DNA from: Paraglomus brasilianum
Lineage: Eukaryota
Reading direction: 5' to 3'
Assembly (NCBI GenBank): GCA_910592345.1
Contig: CAJVPI010000016.1
Coordinates: 1-64,000 of the forward strand
DNA: 64,000 nt
Shown here piece by piece: positions 49,688 through 62,512 of this stretch. Under the pieces are notes generated by a model, which made no database searches, was not told the origin of the DNA, and saw only the letters and a list, made by a program, of their open reading frames with translations. Positions within the stretch are counted from its first letter, which is position 1. Each line of letters begins with the position of its first letter. The position numbers were made by a program, and so were the translations under genes.

Positions 49688-51383
49688 CTACCATCCTCCT
49701 CCCGACTCTGTACCAGTATTAGTCTCAGTAGCGCCCCATCCAGCTCCAGCTTCAGGTTCCCCCGGGTTCCACCCCTCTGACTCAGGTACAGTAACTTCAG
49801 CAGTTGGAAAATCTTGTGATATTTCAGGAATACCCGCCACAGGAGGAATGGCTGAAACACTGACTGGAACAGTGACTGGAACACTTTCTGCTGGACGAGT
49901 GAAGTCCTCGGAAGCTGGTTGGAGAATTGGAGCTTCTTCTTTGGGTTCCTGCATTATGGCATATTGGTTGTAAATAAATTCACGTAACAGAAACAATGAG
50001 ATACAAGCAAGAAACTGTATTTACCATGATTGTAACGACATCAGGAAGAGGATCCTTCGGACCCATTTTACCGCTGGGATCTGAATCCTACATTTTCACC
50101 AAATAAAAATCCTTAGTAACTAATTAACCTATTCCAATCCTAGCCCTATGCTGAACCTCAACGTACCAACATAATCTTTACTTTGATCCCTAACACACCC
50201 TGCCTTAACATAACGTGGCGAATGGCTGTATCAACATAGTCGCGAATTGGCTGTCCAGAGTGAATCATGAACCCATCGACAAATTTCATGGATTTAGCAC
50301 GAGCGGCTCGAAGTTTACCGGATACAACAACTTCACAGCCTTTTGCACCTGATTCCATGATAAAACGAAGTACGCCATAGCAAGCCCTATTGAGGTGTAA
50401 TGTAGACAAGGCACAATAGTATTAATTGTGTGCTGAATTGATGTCAATTTTAATGAACAATATAAACAATTTGTAGTCTTAAAGTATCCATCCACAGGTC
50501 ACACATATAGAATTTATTTCCTGATTGTTTCCCACGTGTAGCCCTTTCAATCTCATAGCCTACCTTCTAACGGCCAATCCAGCCAATAATTTGTATCGCA
50601 AACTTTCACATTGTGCAATAGCACACAATCCTCGATTCAATACTTTTTCTGCGTACAATTCAACCATATTCTCAGGGAACTTAAACCTCTTCTGTATCAA
50701 TGCAGTCAACTCTCGGATTCGTCTACCCCTCTCTCCGAGTACTTCCTGAGTGTGCGTGGCGCGGATAATAATCTCTGTACGGGCGGGAGTGACACGTACT
50801 TCAACACCCGAGTAACCTTCCTCGGCTAATTCACGGGTGAAGAACTCGTTTAGTTCAGCGAAGAATACGCCATCCGCTACAAACTTGCGGAGTATGATGG
50901 TAGGTATAGGGAGAGGTGGGTGTAAAAAGATGTACAGAATTGTGAGTTACATAGTTATAAATACCCAATCGTCTTACCCAAGGCTAATCATTTCTATGCA
51001 GATGAGCAGAAAGCGACATGGAATCATCGCATGGATTAAGGATTTGTTCTTCCTAATTAGATGATACATAGATATTCATATTGGTTTGCTCTTCCTCTGT
51101 CGCCCTTGATTCATCATAATTCCACATCCGAAATATAATATCAGACAAATATCGGTGATTCCGTACATTATACCATGTATAACTGTTACATGGCATTCAA
51201 ACAAGAGGTGCCAGATACATGAGTCATCATTTAGAAATACCTCGGGTGTGCACGAATGTTCTCTACGTTATTCTATTAATCTTCATCTATTGATATTTGA
51301 TCGCCTAATTATACTCCAATTAAATAAATAAAACAGATTCTTAACCATACTTTTCTCTTCTTCGAGATCTGTGTTGCAGCCAT
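49688..51383 (-). CDS. RPS3: 40S ribosomal protein S3 (uS3), ~298 aa
   Basis: Exons 51383-51351, 50883-50564, 50386-50167, 50087-50025 and 49948-49688. [37 protein letters not shown]...[27 protein letters not shown]. Confidence 0.98.
51136..51235 (-). ncRNA. Intronic box C/D snoRNA, snR48/SNORD60-like
   Basis: In RPS3 intron 1, same strand. C box AUGAUGA (51230-51224), D' UUGA (51200-51197), D box CUGA (51144-51141). The D' guide UCUGGCACCUCU is complementary to conserved LSU rRNA AGAGGUGCCAGA (target recalled from memory). Confidence 0.82.
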
Positions 51384-51915
51384 ATTCAAGTAATTCTTTT
51401 GCTGTAAAACACCAACGCAACGCACACACTTTGAAGTGAGAGGTCCAGGTGGTGAAAAAGAGGACGAAAAATTTTGTTTGCAAGTGAATTTTTATTGGGT
51501 GATGTCGAATTAACGTGACGATAATGAGCCAATGAGCGTATAAAGGGGGCATAAACGCGAATTGCAGCTAAGCGTATTAGTGATAAATATTCTGATGTAT
51601 TGTTTGATTAGTGTATCCATCCATCCTCATACAAAATTCACTCATAAGAACAAACTATAAACAAATTGTGCAGAACATTGACAAAAATCTCTAATAGTTG
51701 AAAATACAATAAATGCAAATGGTTCATCATCGAGGTAATAGTCTTTTGATAAGATGATAGACATGGATGGGTTTCAAAATACGAGCATATCAAAATTCAC
51801 GATATTTCATCGTGGAGAATTCTCTGTGAATAATGAAGAACGAAAGAAAAGCTATTATAGAGAAACTAAGCAGACATCAATACCAATAAATTCATAATAT
51901 TAATTAAACATCAGC

Positions 51916-54866
51916 CTATGCCAATAATTCACAAGTCTTACGCGCTAACGCTACGATATCTCCTTCATTAGTGTCATCCTCATCAGACAACTGCTCTTCG
52001 CCATCAGAGTTTGACCCGATCTCCGCCAGACGATTTATAGCTGATACTATCTTACTCGAAGACGAAATAATTTTACGAAGCTGTGGATCTAAAAATTTAA
52101 ATCCAACGTGAACGTCCTTTCATATTTTATCATGTGACCTTCTTTTGATGCTCGGCAGAAACTCGTACCTTTTCCTTCTAAGAATTGAACTATCGTCCAA
52201 ATGGCAATATGCTGAAATGTTTTGTCTTCACTATTAAGGAAATCTTCGAGATATCCTTGAAGACCACCATCTGGCTCTGTCCAAACACGTATGAACGGTG
52301 TATAATCATGTACTATAATTATACATTCAAAATGATTAAATAAGATTCTTGGGCAAGAAGATATGTTCTATTTATAGTGCTTATTTATCAACTCACTTTT
52401 AGACGACAAGTTGCCCAAAGCCGCAGCGCTGTTACCTCGAACTTCCGTACTACGAGAACTAGTCAACGGAATCAATACTTGGCATATTCCCATTTGAAGC
52501 AACCGTGGCTTAAGTTCGTCTGGAAGCATCAAAACAGTATTCGTCAAGATATTTCACGCTCGTTCCCATTTAGACCCACTCAAATGAACCATAGTCACCC
52601 CTTATCTATTTGATAAACTTACCACTCAAAGCCAAAACAGCAACACAGGCTGTCATCTCGCTTTGTACGCCCAATGGCACATTCAGTACCAACTCTTTCA
52701 CTCTCTCTACAGCTCCCGCGTCAACAATAGCACGCTTGTTTTTCTCTGAACTTGCGGCAAGATTTCTTAGCGTGCTTATGGCATGACATTGGATTTCTTC
52801 ATTTTCTTCATATGCGAGCAGCTGGATGAGAGGTTGAAGAAATCCTGCGTCGATTATAGGAGATTCGTTCAACGGGTGGATGGAGATATTACGGATACAG
52901 GCTACTGAAGAAAGGATTAGAGGAAGGAAAGAGGATTGAAGAAGACGGAGGAGAGGTGGGAGGCCTTTTGAGCGGACTATTTCGAGTTGGTATTTCTCTA
53001 AATCCAGTAAGGACAGACACATTAGGGGAAGAATTTGGTAATGAAAGTTAAAGCTTTTTCTTCTTCTAATTCTCTTACCATCAGAAGCAAGATTTCTTAA
53101 TGCCAGTGCAGCTTGACATTGTACTTTGAGTGAAGTTGAATCCATTAATCCAATTAACGATTGGACTAACCGAGTCTCTGTTGAAGCCAGTTTCTTACGA
53201 TTGAAACCTACCGAGGTGGGGGAAAAAAGAAGAGCAAAACCAACCGGTTATTACAATAGTTGAATGACAACTAAATAACGATAGCAAAATTTGGAAGACA
53301 AATCAGGCAACATGACGACATTTGAACAGACTTAAGTGTTAACCTTAATTTTAAACGTAATCATAATTAAGTACACAATTAGTCTCTTATTGCCTACATA
53401 TTATCATCTTTCACTCACCGTCAACAGCAATGTTACTGAGAGCAGTTGTACAATAATACTGGACATCTGTATCAGGCGAATTAAGTAGCCCGACTAACAC
53501 CGGAATAGCTCCAGCATTTACGAGCTGTTGCCTGTTTTCATCTTCACGTCGAGCAAGAGATGAGCCATAAAGATTCTAATCCCATGTTCAAATGGACAAT
53601 AATGCAAAAAGCGATTCGAATTATTATGGTACCTGAGTGAGTCATATTCAATAAAGCTCCTGTGGCATTTCTCTGTACTCTCATGTCTTTAGATCGTGCG
53701 AGACGTGTCAGTGGGACAAGAGCTCCTGATCTGGCTATTTTAGACTTGTTTTCATCTATTAAGAAAAATATTTAATATCCACATTTTCTTAAGTTGATGG
53801 ACACATTGCCGATTTAAAATATTACCATGTGTAGCTAAATTTGTTATGCATCCAACAGCATTACACTGAACTTCAACATTAGGTGACAGCATCTGACGTA
53901 TCAAGGGCTCCAATCCTCCCATCTGCACGATGAGGAGTTTGTTCTCAGCTTTGAGGAAAAGAACGTTAGTACGAATATAGACAAGCATTGTCACGTGTTG
54001 CTATTATGCAGCTAATAAATGCAAATAACACCCTCATATTGAATACATTCTAAGCGTCACCGCGCAACATTCCTGATACTCACAGTCCACAGCTAGATTT
54101 CCAAGTGCGGCGGATGCGGCTCTCTGCACCTCAACATCAGGAGATTGAAGGAGGAACATAATTGGTTCCATTGTTTCGCGATCTACTTCTCTAACATCTG
54201 TTCAGGAAAGCAATAAAATCTTATCCATTTTAGTTTTGGTCGTATGGACGAGAATAAAAGAAATAAATCTTCTTCTCTATGTTATATTAATACTGTATGT
54301 GATGTGACTAATAGCTGCTTAATTGCTACTATTTGCAAATAGTTTCATTCTCATCCTCTCAATAATCAGCTCAAGGCAAACCTTTTTCAGTAATTTCAGC
54401 GAACGCCAATGCAGCAGACCGTTGCAACTCAACTTTATCAGAGAACGCCAAAGTAGACAGCGAATGTAATGGTTCGCCCTCGAAGAAGTTTGTTTCGTCT
54501 CGATCTATCGTAGAACAATCAAAACCGGTTTTCAAATCACATTCCAATCAAATAACGATGTACAAGTTGCTTAACATTCACTTACGCTCAAGATATTCCA
54601 ATAACACGGCCACAGCCTCACGTTCACTCTCTTGCAACAGTGGTTCATAAAGTCCGTTTCTTGGTCTCTCTAAACGTTACAGCGCCAAAATACCGTGGTG
54701 TTTAAACTATATTCTAATACGACTCTTCCAAAATATTCCTCGTATTGTTACCCTTCAATAGTCACTGGTTACGCATTATATTATCTTTATTCGTATAAAC
54801 ATATCCCATACGTATGACGGTGATAAGACACGTACTTCTGAAGCAACAAGATACACAGACACCCAT
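51916..54866 (-). CDS. VAC8: Vacuolar armadillo-repeat protein Vac8 (12 exons)
   Basis: MGVCVSCC myristoylation/palmitoylation start, [13 protein letters not shown], and ARM repeats ([66 protein letters not shown]). Stop TAG at 51918-51916. Confidence 0.97.
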
Positions 54867-56059
54867 GGTTGTTTCGATTGGTTTATTGAAGTGAATATGG
54901 GAAAGAGAGGGTTGTGGAGGGAATTTGATCTTGTAAACAAAAGAGAGCAAGTAATCGAAGTGGCTGAAGTGGATTGTGTTTAATATCAAACGTCAAGTAA
55001 GGTTTGAATTCGTAAAAAAAATTTAAGACAACGTAACAACGAGAGCGATAAACACAAAATCAACTGAGGTTCCCCGCTGATAGTATGGTTGTTCGTTGGA
55101 TTAACGAGGCAGAACTTGGACTTCCAGCTCGTCTCTCTCTCTCTCTCTTTGCTTGAAGAAGACTCCACTTAAAGATAAAACCACAAAACCCGCAAGAGCG
55201 AGTAACTTAGCAGGATAAACAACAAATATCAGCAAGTCACAAGAACTGCATTTGGAATAGATGAGAAACGCCACACCACACACAAATCCCCACCAATGAT
55301 CTAAGTGCAGATTGATTTTGAGAACACGAGATCCAGCTTTAAGACACGTCAGTAATGTCCAGAATGACAGAATGACATCATCAACCTCATGTAGCTATGC
55401 GGATTACGCCGTTCACACGGTTTTGTTAATAGATTATCAATTGACATTATGCCAAATAAAGTCAAAAGAACCGCTTTCACGTTCCGTTTACACAACTTGC
55501 AATCCTTACGATTTAGTCACATTCACCAACAAGTCAAACCTCGTTAAAGCGATAATATGAGTGATACGCAAAATATCGACTTATCTGGGTGTTCAATTTT
55601 CAACTTTGTTGTTTACTGTGCAGATAAACTAACAAAATTACGAATAAAACTACCAATGGATAAGACTGAATATGGTGGTGTCTAGATTTATAGTCATCGA
55701 ACCAACCATTGGAAGCACCAAATTTCTCGACCCTTAAGAGTTTTTGCCTTTTGCTTAAGGAGATCGACAGTATGTCATGAACGGCTCGTGTAAATCATAT
55801 TGGCCTCTTCAATCTCAGGGTATTGCGTTTTACATTCTCTTTTCTTTTTGATGAAAATTCATCACCGTTAGTGGCCCATCACTTGTAAAGTACAGATCTC
55901 TTTTTCTGTGTGAGTTAAATATAATTCCTTGTCCTTTCTTTCTTCGTAATTATAGAAAGATCAACCAATTAGAATGTTTGACTCTTCCAAATTTAGTAAG
56001 TGTTACACAAATATCAGGTATGGTGCACCAACTCTATACCCGACAATAAAATCACCTGC

Positions 56060-56197
56060 CTTTTAAATCTTTCAGCTCAATGTAGAGACGTTTTTTAGAA
56101 AATCCGCCAGTAATTATGTTTGTTGTAATATGCTTTATAAAGTTACTGGCTGTTTTGTCGTAAAAATGTCTCTACACTGAGTTGAAAGGTTTTAAAG
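56060..56197. repeat. ~138-bp imperfect inverted repeat (MITE-like foldback)
   Basis: CTTTTAAATCTTTCAGCTCAATGTAGAGACG...GCCAGTAA is mirrored by TTACTGGC...TGTCTCTACACTGAGTTGAAAGGTTTTAAAG, with TTAA near both ends. Confidence 0.75.
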
Positions 56198-59100
56198 TTG
56201 GAATATTTTTTTATAATAATATATAAGGCTCTTCGAAAAATTGAAACATATCTAGTGAAGGCGATCATTTCCAATTGGTGATCTTGTGTAACGTTTGTAC
56301 CGTAGATTTGTTGATTTTGCCGATTAATTTCGTAAATCGAGGCAAAGTTTCAAGCGAAAAAGTTAATATTAAACGATTTGTAGTACTGTATATCATATGA
56401 TATTAAATTCTTGAACTTTATTGGGCGGTTTATTCGTTACACTGCATTGTGAAAGGTAAAAATTCCTATGTAAATAGCGGGCATCAGTACGAGGTTTGAT
56501 TGTACTCTGTATGGCTAACAAATATTTCTTACAACCGGATTATTTGCATTCTTGGAACATAGTGACTCAGTATTCATTTGTAATTCCAAGTAGTAAAGCA
56601 TCGTGTGGCTTTGCAAAGAGTTTCGTATTGTTATATTCATAGCCTATAAAATATACAAGTGCAAATCTGTATTAGGACTAGTTCACTATCGATCTAATTC
56701 TATATTGTAAAAAATTTTGACATAGTATGTAACTTCAATTTCTATATTTTTAGTACATTTAAGCAAATGGTGTGCAAGCATGTAACGTGCTCTCCCGATT
56801 TTATACACTGGTAATGCTATTAAGAACTATATCTTGAGAATTGCCCAAATATTCTTGACAGCCATTACATAAATATGGTAGCTTTAATGTTAATTCGAGA
56901 TCTATCCCTTAAACTGTATTGTCGGCAAATTTGCCTACAATTTGGATTCGCCAACAAAATCGCTTTATATCACCTGATGCTACTAATAAAATACCCCCAA
57001 CATATATAGTTTGCCAAAGACTTGTCATAACTATTAATATGTAAAGTCACATGACTGTAGGTTGCACGAGCTGTCTTGCCGATCATTAACCCTAAGCATG
57101 TATATTTTATCCCCAATACGTTTAACTGTTGGTTATTAAAAAAAGTCTTATCCCACCAACTCTGAAGTCACAATACTTAGATAATTCGTGAGTCGGTACC
57201 ATAAAGAAACAGATTTCGGTGAAAGCAAACAAAGCAGTAGAAGCAATGTAAGAGTTCAAGAAAGAGGAAAAGGTGTGTGGGAGAAGAAGCAGGAGAGGAA
57301 GTAAGCGGGAAAGTATGAGTTTAAGTGGCATAAGTTATAAGTGTCTGTCTTCACTTTTAAATGAATCATCTGTTTACCGAGGTCTGACTATTTAGACTCA
57401 CAACAAAGTAAAGGGAAAATATAGCCCAAGAATATGGTACCCTATCATAGCTCGAATAAAGCAGAATTTGCAAAATAAAAAGTTTGAAAATTTTACCTAA
57501 CCATTTTTTAGAATATTTTTCAACCACACACTCTTTCACTATGTAATCCTGCTCATTTAAATCTCCAGGAGTTGGTGAATTATATTTCTTAATGGTCAAA
57601 GTGCAAATAACATAATATTGTTCTCATAAAAAATTATGTGTCAAAATTGCCAAAATTGGCCTACTACTACAGATTAAGGGATAAACCAACCTTTAATTTT
57701 CGGAGAACCGTATTTACCGAGAAATCTTTTTAAACGTTTTCTGCTATTGCGTTAGCCTGAGTTGTCTTTCTTTGTAGTGAAGAAAGCGCTATGTCTTTAC
57801 AATTGTAGTCTGCTATATATACCTATATTCGGGAAATAAGAAACATAAAAATAATTTTGACTAGCATGTTGCCTCATTGTAAGTTGTCTCGATAATACGG
57901 TGCATCAGTTTCAACGCAACGTGTGTTACGTTTTTTTTTTTTGAAATCTTGATTCTCACCGTATATACGTACGTTCTATTAAAATGTATGTGGAGTGTGT
58001 TTGAAACATCCAATCAAAGCTAAATACCGCATACCATACAGAACATATACACTTTTTCATGCCGAAAGTCTTCGATTGCTATCGTCCATATATACTGTGT
58101 AAGTAACAACGATTATTGTAGCTAAGTGACTGTGCTTTCGAAAACAATGTTGATACGTTGAAATACACTATTTCTATAACGATAAAGTGCAGCAGACATC
58201 TACATATACAGTATAACCATATTTTTCCTACACATCGCAACTTCATCGCACTATGCTGATACATTTAATCGATCATTATCCTGGATGGTTGTGTATCCGA
58301 ACTCGGGAATGGGCGCGCGTTTCTGTACTTATTATAGGACAGTATACCCTTACTATTTTTTGTCTAATATATATGAAATGTAATTTCAAAAGGTTCGGTT
58401 AATCGTTATTCAGTGGCAATATTAATAGCCGACCGGAACCATTTAACAGTCAAACTTTAAACCCCTTATAAATTATTACGGAAGGTTTACATCCCGGTAT
58501 CCCCGTGGAAATTCCATTTGGAGCAATCTTGTTGAAAAGTTACAAAGACTTACATTGTAAAAAGAGTCACGTTTCAAATAATACGTAAATGGGGTATTAG
58601 TATTAGTATGGCATAACAAACTAAAAAAAAATACAGTATTTGTTAACTAAGAATGGTGCTGCCAACTAACATTATATTTCTCAGGATTTGATTTGAATTT
58701 CAGGATGAGCACCATAGATTATTGAACATCGATAAGCCTTATCCATCACTTCTTTGACCGAATCTCTAGCCTCCATTTAACCCGATTTATTGATAAAAAG
58801 TTCTTTTTCGTGTCAGTAAAGTAGTACTGCAATCAGGATAATTTTTGGTTCTGATTCAGTATAAAAGATTCGTTGAACTGCTTGAACCAAACTGTCGCCA
58901 TATTAACTGTCATGTTCGAATGGAGAAAGAAAATATCTCAGCTCCAAAAGCCTTAATTCTGTTGCTTGTTGGTTTCTTGTTTGGGGCGTGCGAATAAACC
59001 GTATGCAACAACAGTAGCCGGTAGCATGTCTTCATTAGAATCTGCGATGACAACATTTTTGGGGCATTCACTCATTCGGCGCAACTGCAAAGTCTATAAT

Positions 59101-62100
59101 AACGGCAGATCCTTTGTAAAAGTCTAGTTTGTTGAAGGGTTATTTACGATTAAATAGTTTCCGTACAATTTATCGGCCTAATACTAATGTGCTGGTAGCT
59201 AATTAACATACTGCATATTTCTCAATGGTCTTTCCTTTATATTTATGCAAGTTCTTTATGTTTTACCTTTCTACGTCGTCATAATAATAAGAGTATTTTC
59301 TTTTGTAACATATTACACTGACCACAATTAGTTACGCAAGTCGGCCTGTATATAAAAATACAGACAGAATTTTAAAACAGGACGATCAGTCGTACAATTC
59401 AAAACGAAACAATTTGACTCTGCAATAGATGAAGTGAACGTAAGGACGATTGACGGCCAATGTAATATTCAGCGAAGGCAGGATAAATAATTTTATGTCT
59501 GCGAAGAAATATATTCATTTTGGTACCAACGCAGCAATCGCCAAGTCGCATTGTTTTAATTAGATATGTAATTATTGAATGCAATAATCGAAAGCTTTGT
59601 TTCTTGCCAATTTGCACTTTCTATCTATCTTGGTCAGCGTACCAATTATGCTTGTCGTGTAAAAGTATAGCGGTAAATTTGACGTTACATTTTACTTCAA
59701 GGCAATATTGACGTGCGCATTGTAACCATTTTGTTGGTTTTTTTTTTTTTTTTTTTTTTGTGAGAAATTCAATAGTTATGATAATAAATATAAAAATTAT
59801 TTGCGGGCAATTGGAAGGAAGGATAATATATTTTATTCAAACACTCCATAAGTTTTGTATTGCAAGACGACAATCGCAATTTAAGATAGCCATTCTACTA
59901 TTGCTATCAGCTATAGTAACTCAATTTCGACAAATCTATCTTAAAGAAAGTCGATTATTTATTTATTTATTTATTTATTATTTTTTTGTTACAGTCTTCA
60001 AATTAGTCCCGATCCACTATTGAGGATGCTGTGTAGTCAACTGGTGGGGGTTTCCCGATATCAAACAAGTCAGATATTTACAGAATGTATAAAAAATGAC
60101 TGTTGTTCAAAGCCTAATAATGCGTTTTTGACAAGTTTTTCCTATCTAAGCTTGTCAGGCATTCTACTTAGAAGACAATTATTTGAATTTGGTCTTCTCA
60201 TCTTTTTTTCCCCTCTCCATACAAACACGCGGAATTTGAAGCCGAAACTTCTTTGGACCATTTAAGAAAGAGTATCAAATCGATTGTTTCACTGTTAATT
60301 AATTTTAATAAATCAAGGGAAGTTTTAATGCTTTGATCAGGAATCACATATTTCCAAGTCTGGATGCAATAGAATTTTTATAATATTTGAGCAATCAACA
60401 TTAAACTGTCATGTGTTAGAGCCATATCTGCAGTGTATAACTCAAATAGGTTTTCGTATGCTTGGCGCAATACAAATAACTGCCTATGTGTGCTTATATT
60501 GATCGTAAGTCGATATTTCTCATTCGGTTTCCAAGTTCTTCAGCGTATCTCCAGAGTTGTCTCAAAACGATTAAACAACTACACAGGGAATATCTTCGGC
60601 TCTTAGACTGTTTACGGCTAGTGAAGATAACTATATTGATCTTGGCTTCTGGTACGCCGATACAATAGGAAAAAAGATAGCACATTGGTGTCTGTATTAT
60701 TGGAGAGATCTCCCATTTTAGTAATTACAATATATGATGTAAGCTTAATCTAGAAACAAGGGCAATCGCTTATCACCTTTTAAAGCAAGATCATGGAGAC
60801 TGATTGCCCAAACGTTATTACTTTAAATAGAATTCTCCGATGATCTGCAATTAACCGTTTTGCTACCTTCCTTTAGTGGTCATTCTGAGAAGATATTAAA
60901 GATTCGTTCCTTCAAAATGCTAACGAATACGCTAACACATGAACGGTATGATATTGATGGTATATGATATGTTAAATAGAGAGTTTCATGTCAGAAGTTT
61001 GAATATCGGTACCATCGACAATATATCGATCAATAAGACATATGACAGCCGTAATACGTTCGAGATTTCGGACATTAGCGTATAGCATAAGTTCAAAGTA
61101 AGTGTCGCCAGTACGAATAAAATTGAGATTTAAGATGCTGGATACGTATTGCTGGTATTACACTACGCCAGCAAAGTTGAGATATCTCGAATTCATACAA
61201 TGCGAGTATGTGTAAAATGTTGCTTTTCTAACGGTTTTAATGTATATCTTGTTAGATCACGAAATATATCGTAAATGCACGCAAGCAAAACGAGGCCACG
61301 TCTGCATTTTCACACATTCTTTCTGCATGCGTCTTAATATTATAGTTCGTTGTCATAACTTTATTATGATTCCTTGTTTGCAAATGACCATTACCGTAAC
61401 ACAAATAGAATCGATGCATTTGATGCATTGCATAGAAAGAGTACTGGTAACACAGGACGGCTCATAATTTGACTAAGTAAAAAACAACTATTTCAAATCC
61501 AGATATTGTACCTCAATTTCCAAAATAGCAAATGACGACGATTCAGGAGACAAGATGGTCAATTCAGGAGAGCATATATTATTGAATGCGTTTTTTAACC
61601 TACTGGAATATATTGAAACTGTAATCCAGTGTGTTGTTGGGCTGTTAGGGCAACTCGACACGAGACCAACCCACGAAAGTTATCTGTGAAATCAGTTAAA
61701 GATCCAGCAGTCTATCTCAAGGAAAAGTATATCGTTAAAATAAACGGTCGAATAGGAATAAAGATTATTATATTCATGGATAAAATGATAAATGTGTTGC
61801 CAATATGTTATTAGTTCCGAGATTGAGTTACATTGTAAACGATACCTGTAAAAGTTAGATATGTATCGTGCACACAGGACAACCGAAATATCGTATATTA
61901 TACTATCCGATTTTAAAACGGATTGTCACATTATAGATCGCGAGACGGAGGTACTATCGAATAGAGAGAGAAAAGCTCTGCTGTAAATAGCAGTCAAAGA
62001 TGACATCGATAGCTAGTATGCCTTGCTTTATTCCCTCTCCCTGCTTAGTCAAGCACAGTATATCTGTCCCATTTATTCCTACGGCAGGTCTGTTCATCAC

Positions 62101-62487
62101 TTTTTTTTTCGGTTGATCGTGAATACGCGATAGAGATTATCATCATAAACGCGAATACTAATCAGTATGTGGTGTTGGTAATTTCTATTCACTGACCACT
62201 CGCTATTACCTTTTCACATGCATTTTCCCTTGAGCGGATTTCATCTTATCGTATTATCTTTCATTGGTGCTTCTCTGTTTATCTTTATACTTGGGGATGT
62301 TCTGATAGGCTCGAAATTTATATGTACAAACCACAATTGGCAATTTGATTTTACGAATGACGAAGCATGTGGTAAACACTGTGCTGCTGCTATTGGCGCG
62401 TTTGTGTTTAATGAGGGATGATATGGAGGGATGGTTAGAATAGGGTAAATTTAAGAGTAAATACGATTCTTACATGTAACAGAGTTG

Positions 62488-62512
62488 TATGTGTATGTGT
62501 ATGTGTATGTGA
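62488..62512. repeat. (TATGTG)n short repeat
   Basis: About 4 tandem units. Confidence 0.8.

Noticed and set aside
50387..50563. Possible H/ACA RNA in RPS3 intron 2
   Set aside because: Only a 5-bp stem plus ANANNA/ACA motifs, expected by chance in AT-rich DNA.
57366..60700. Coding-like minus-strand fragments (57366-57599, about 58690-59060, about 60000-60690)
   Set aside because: Multiple stops and no recognisable motifs; a product cannot be supported.
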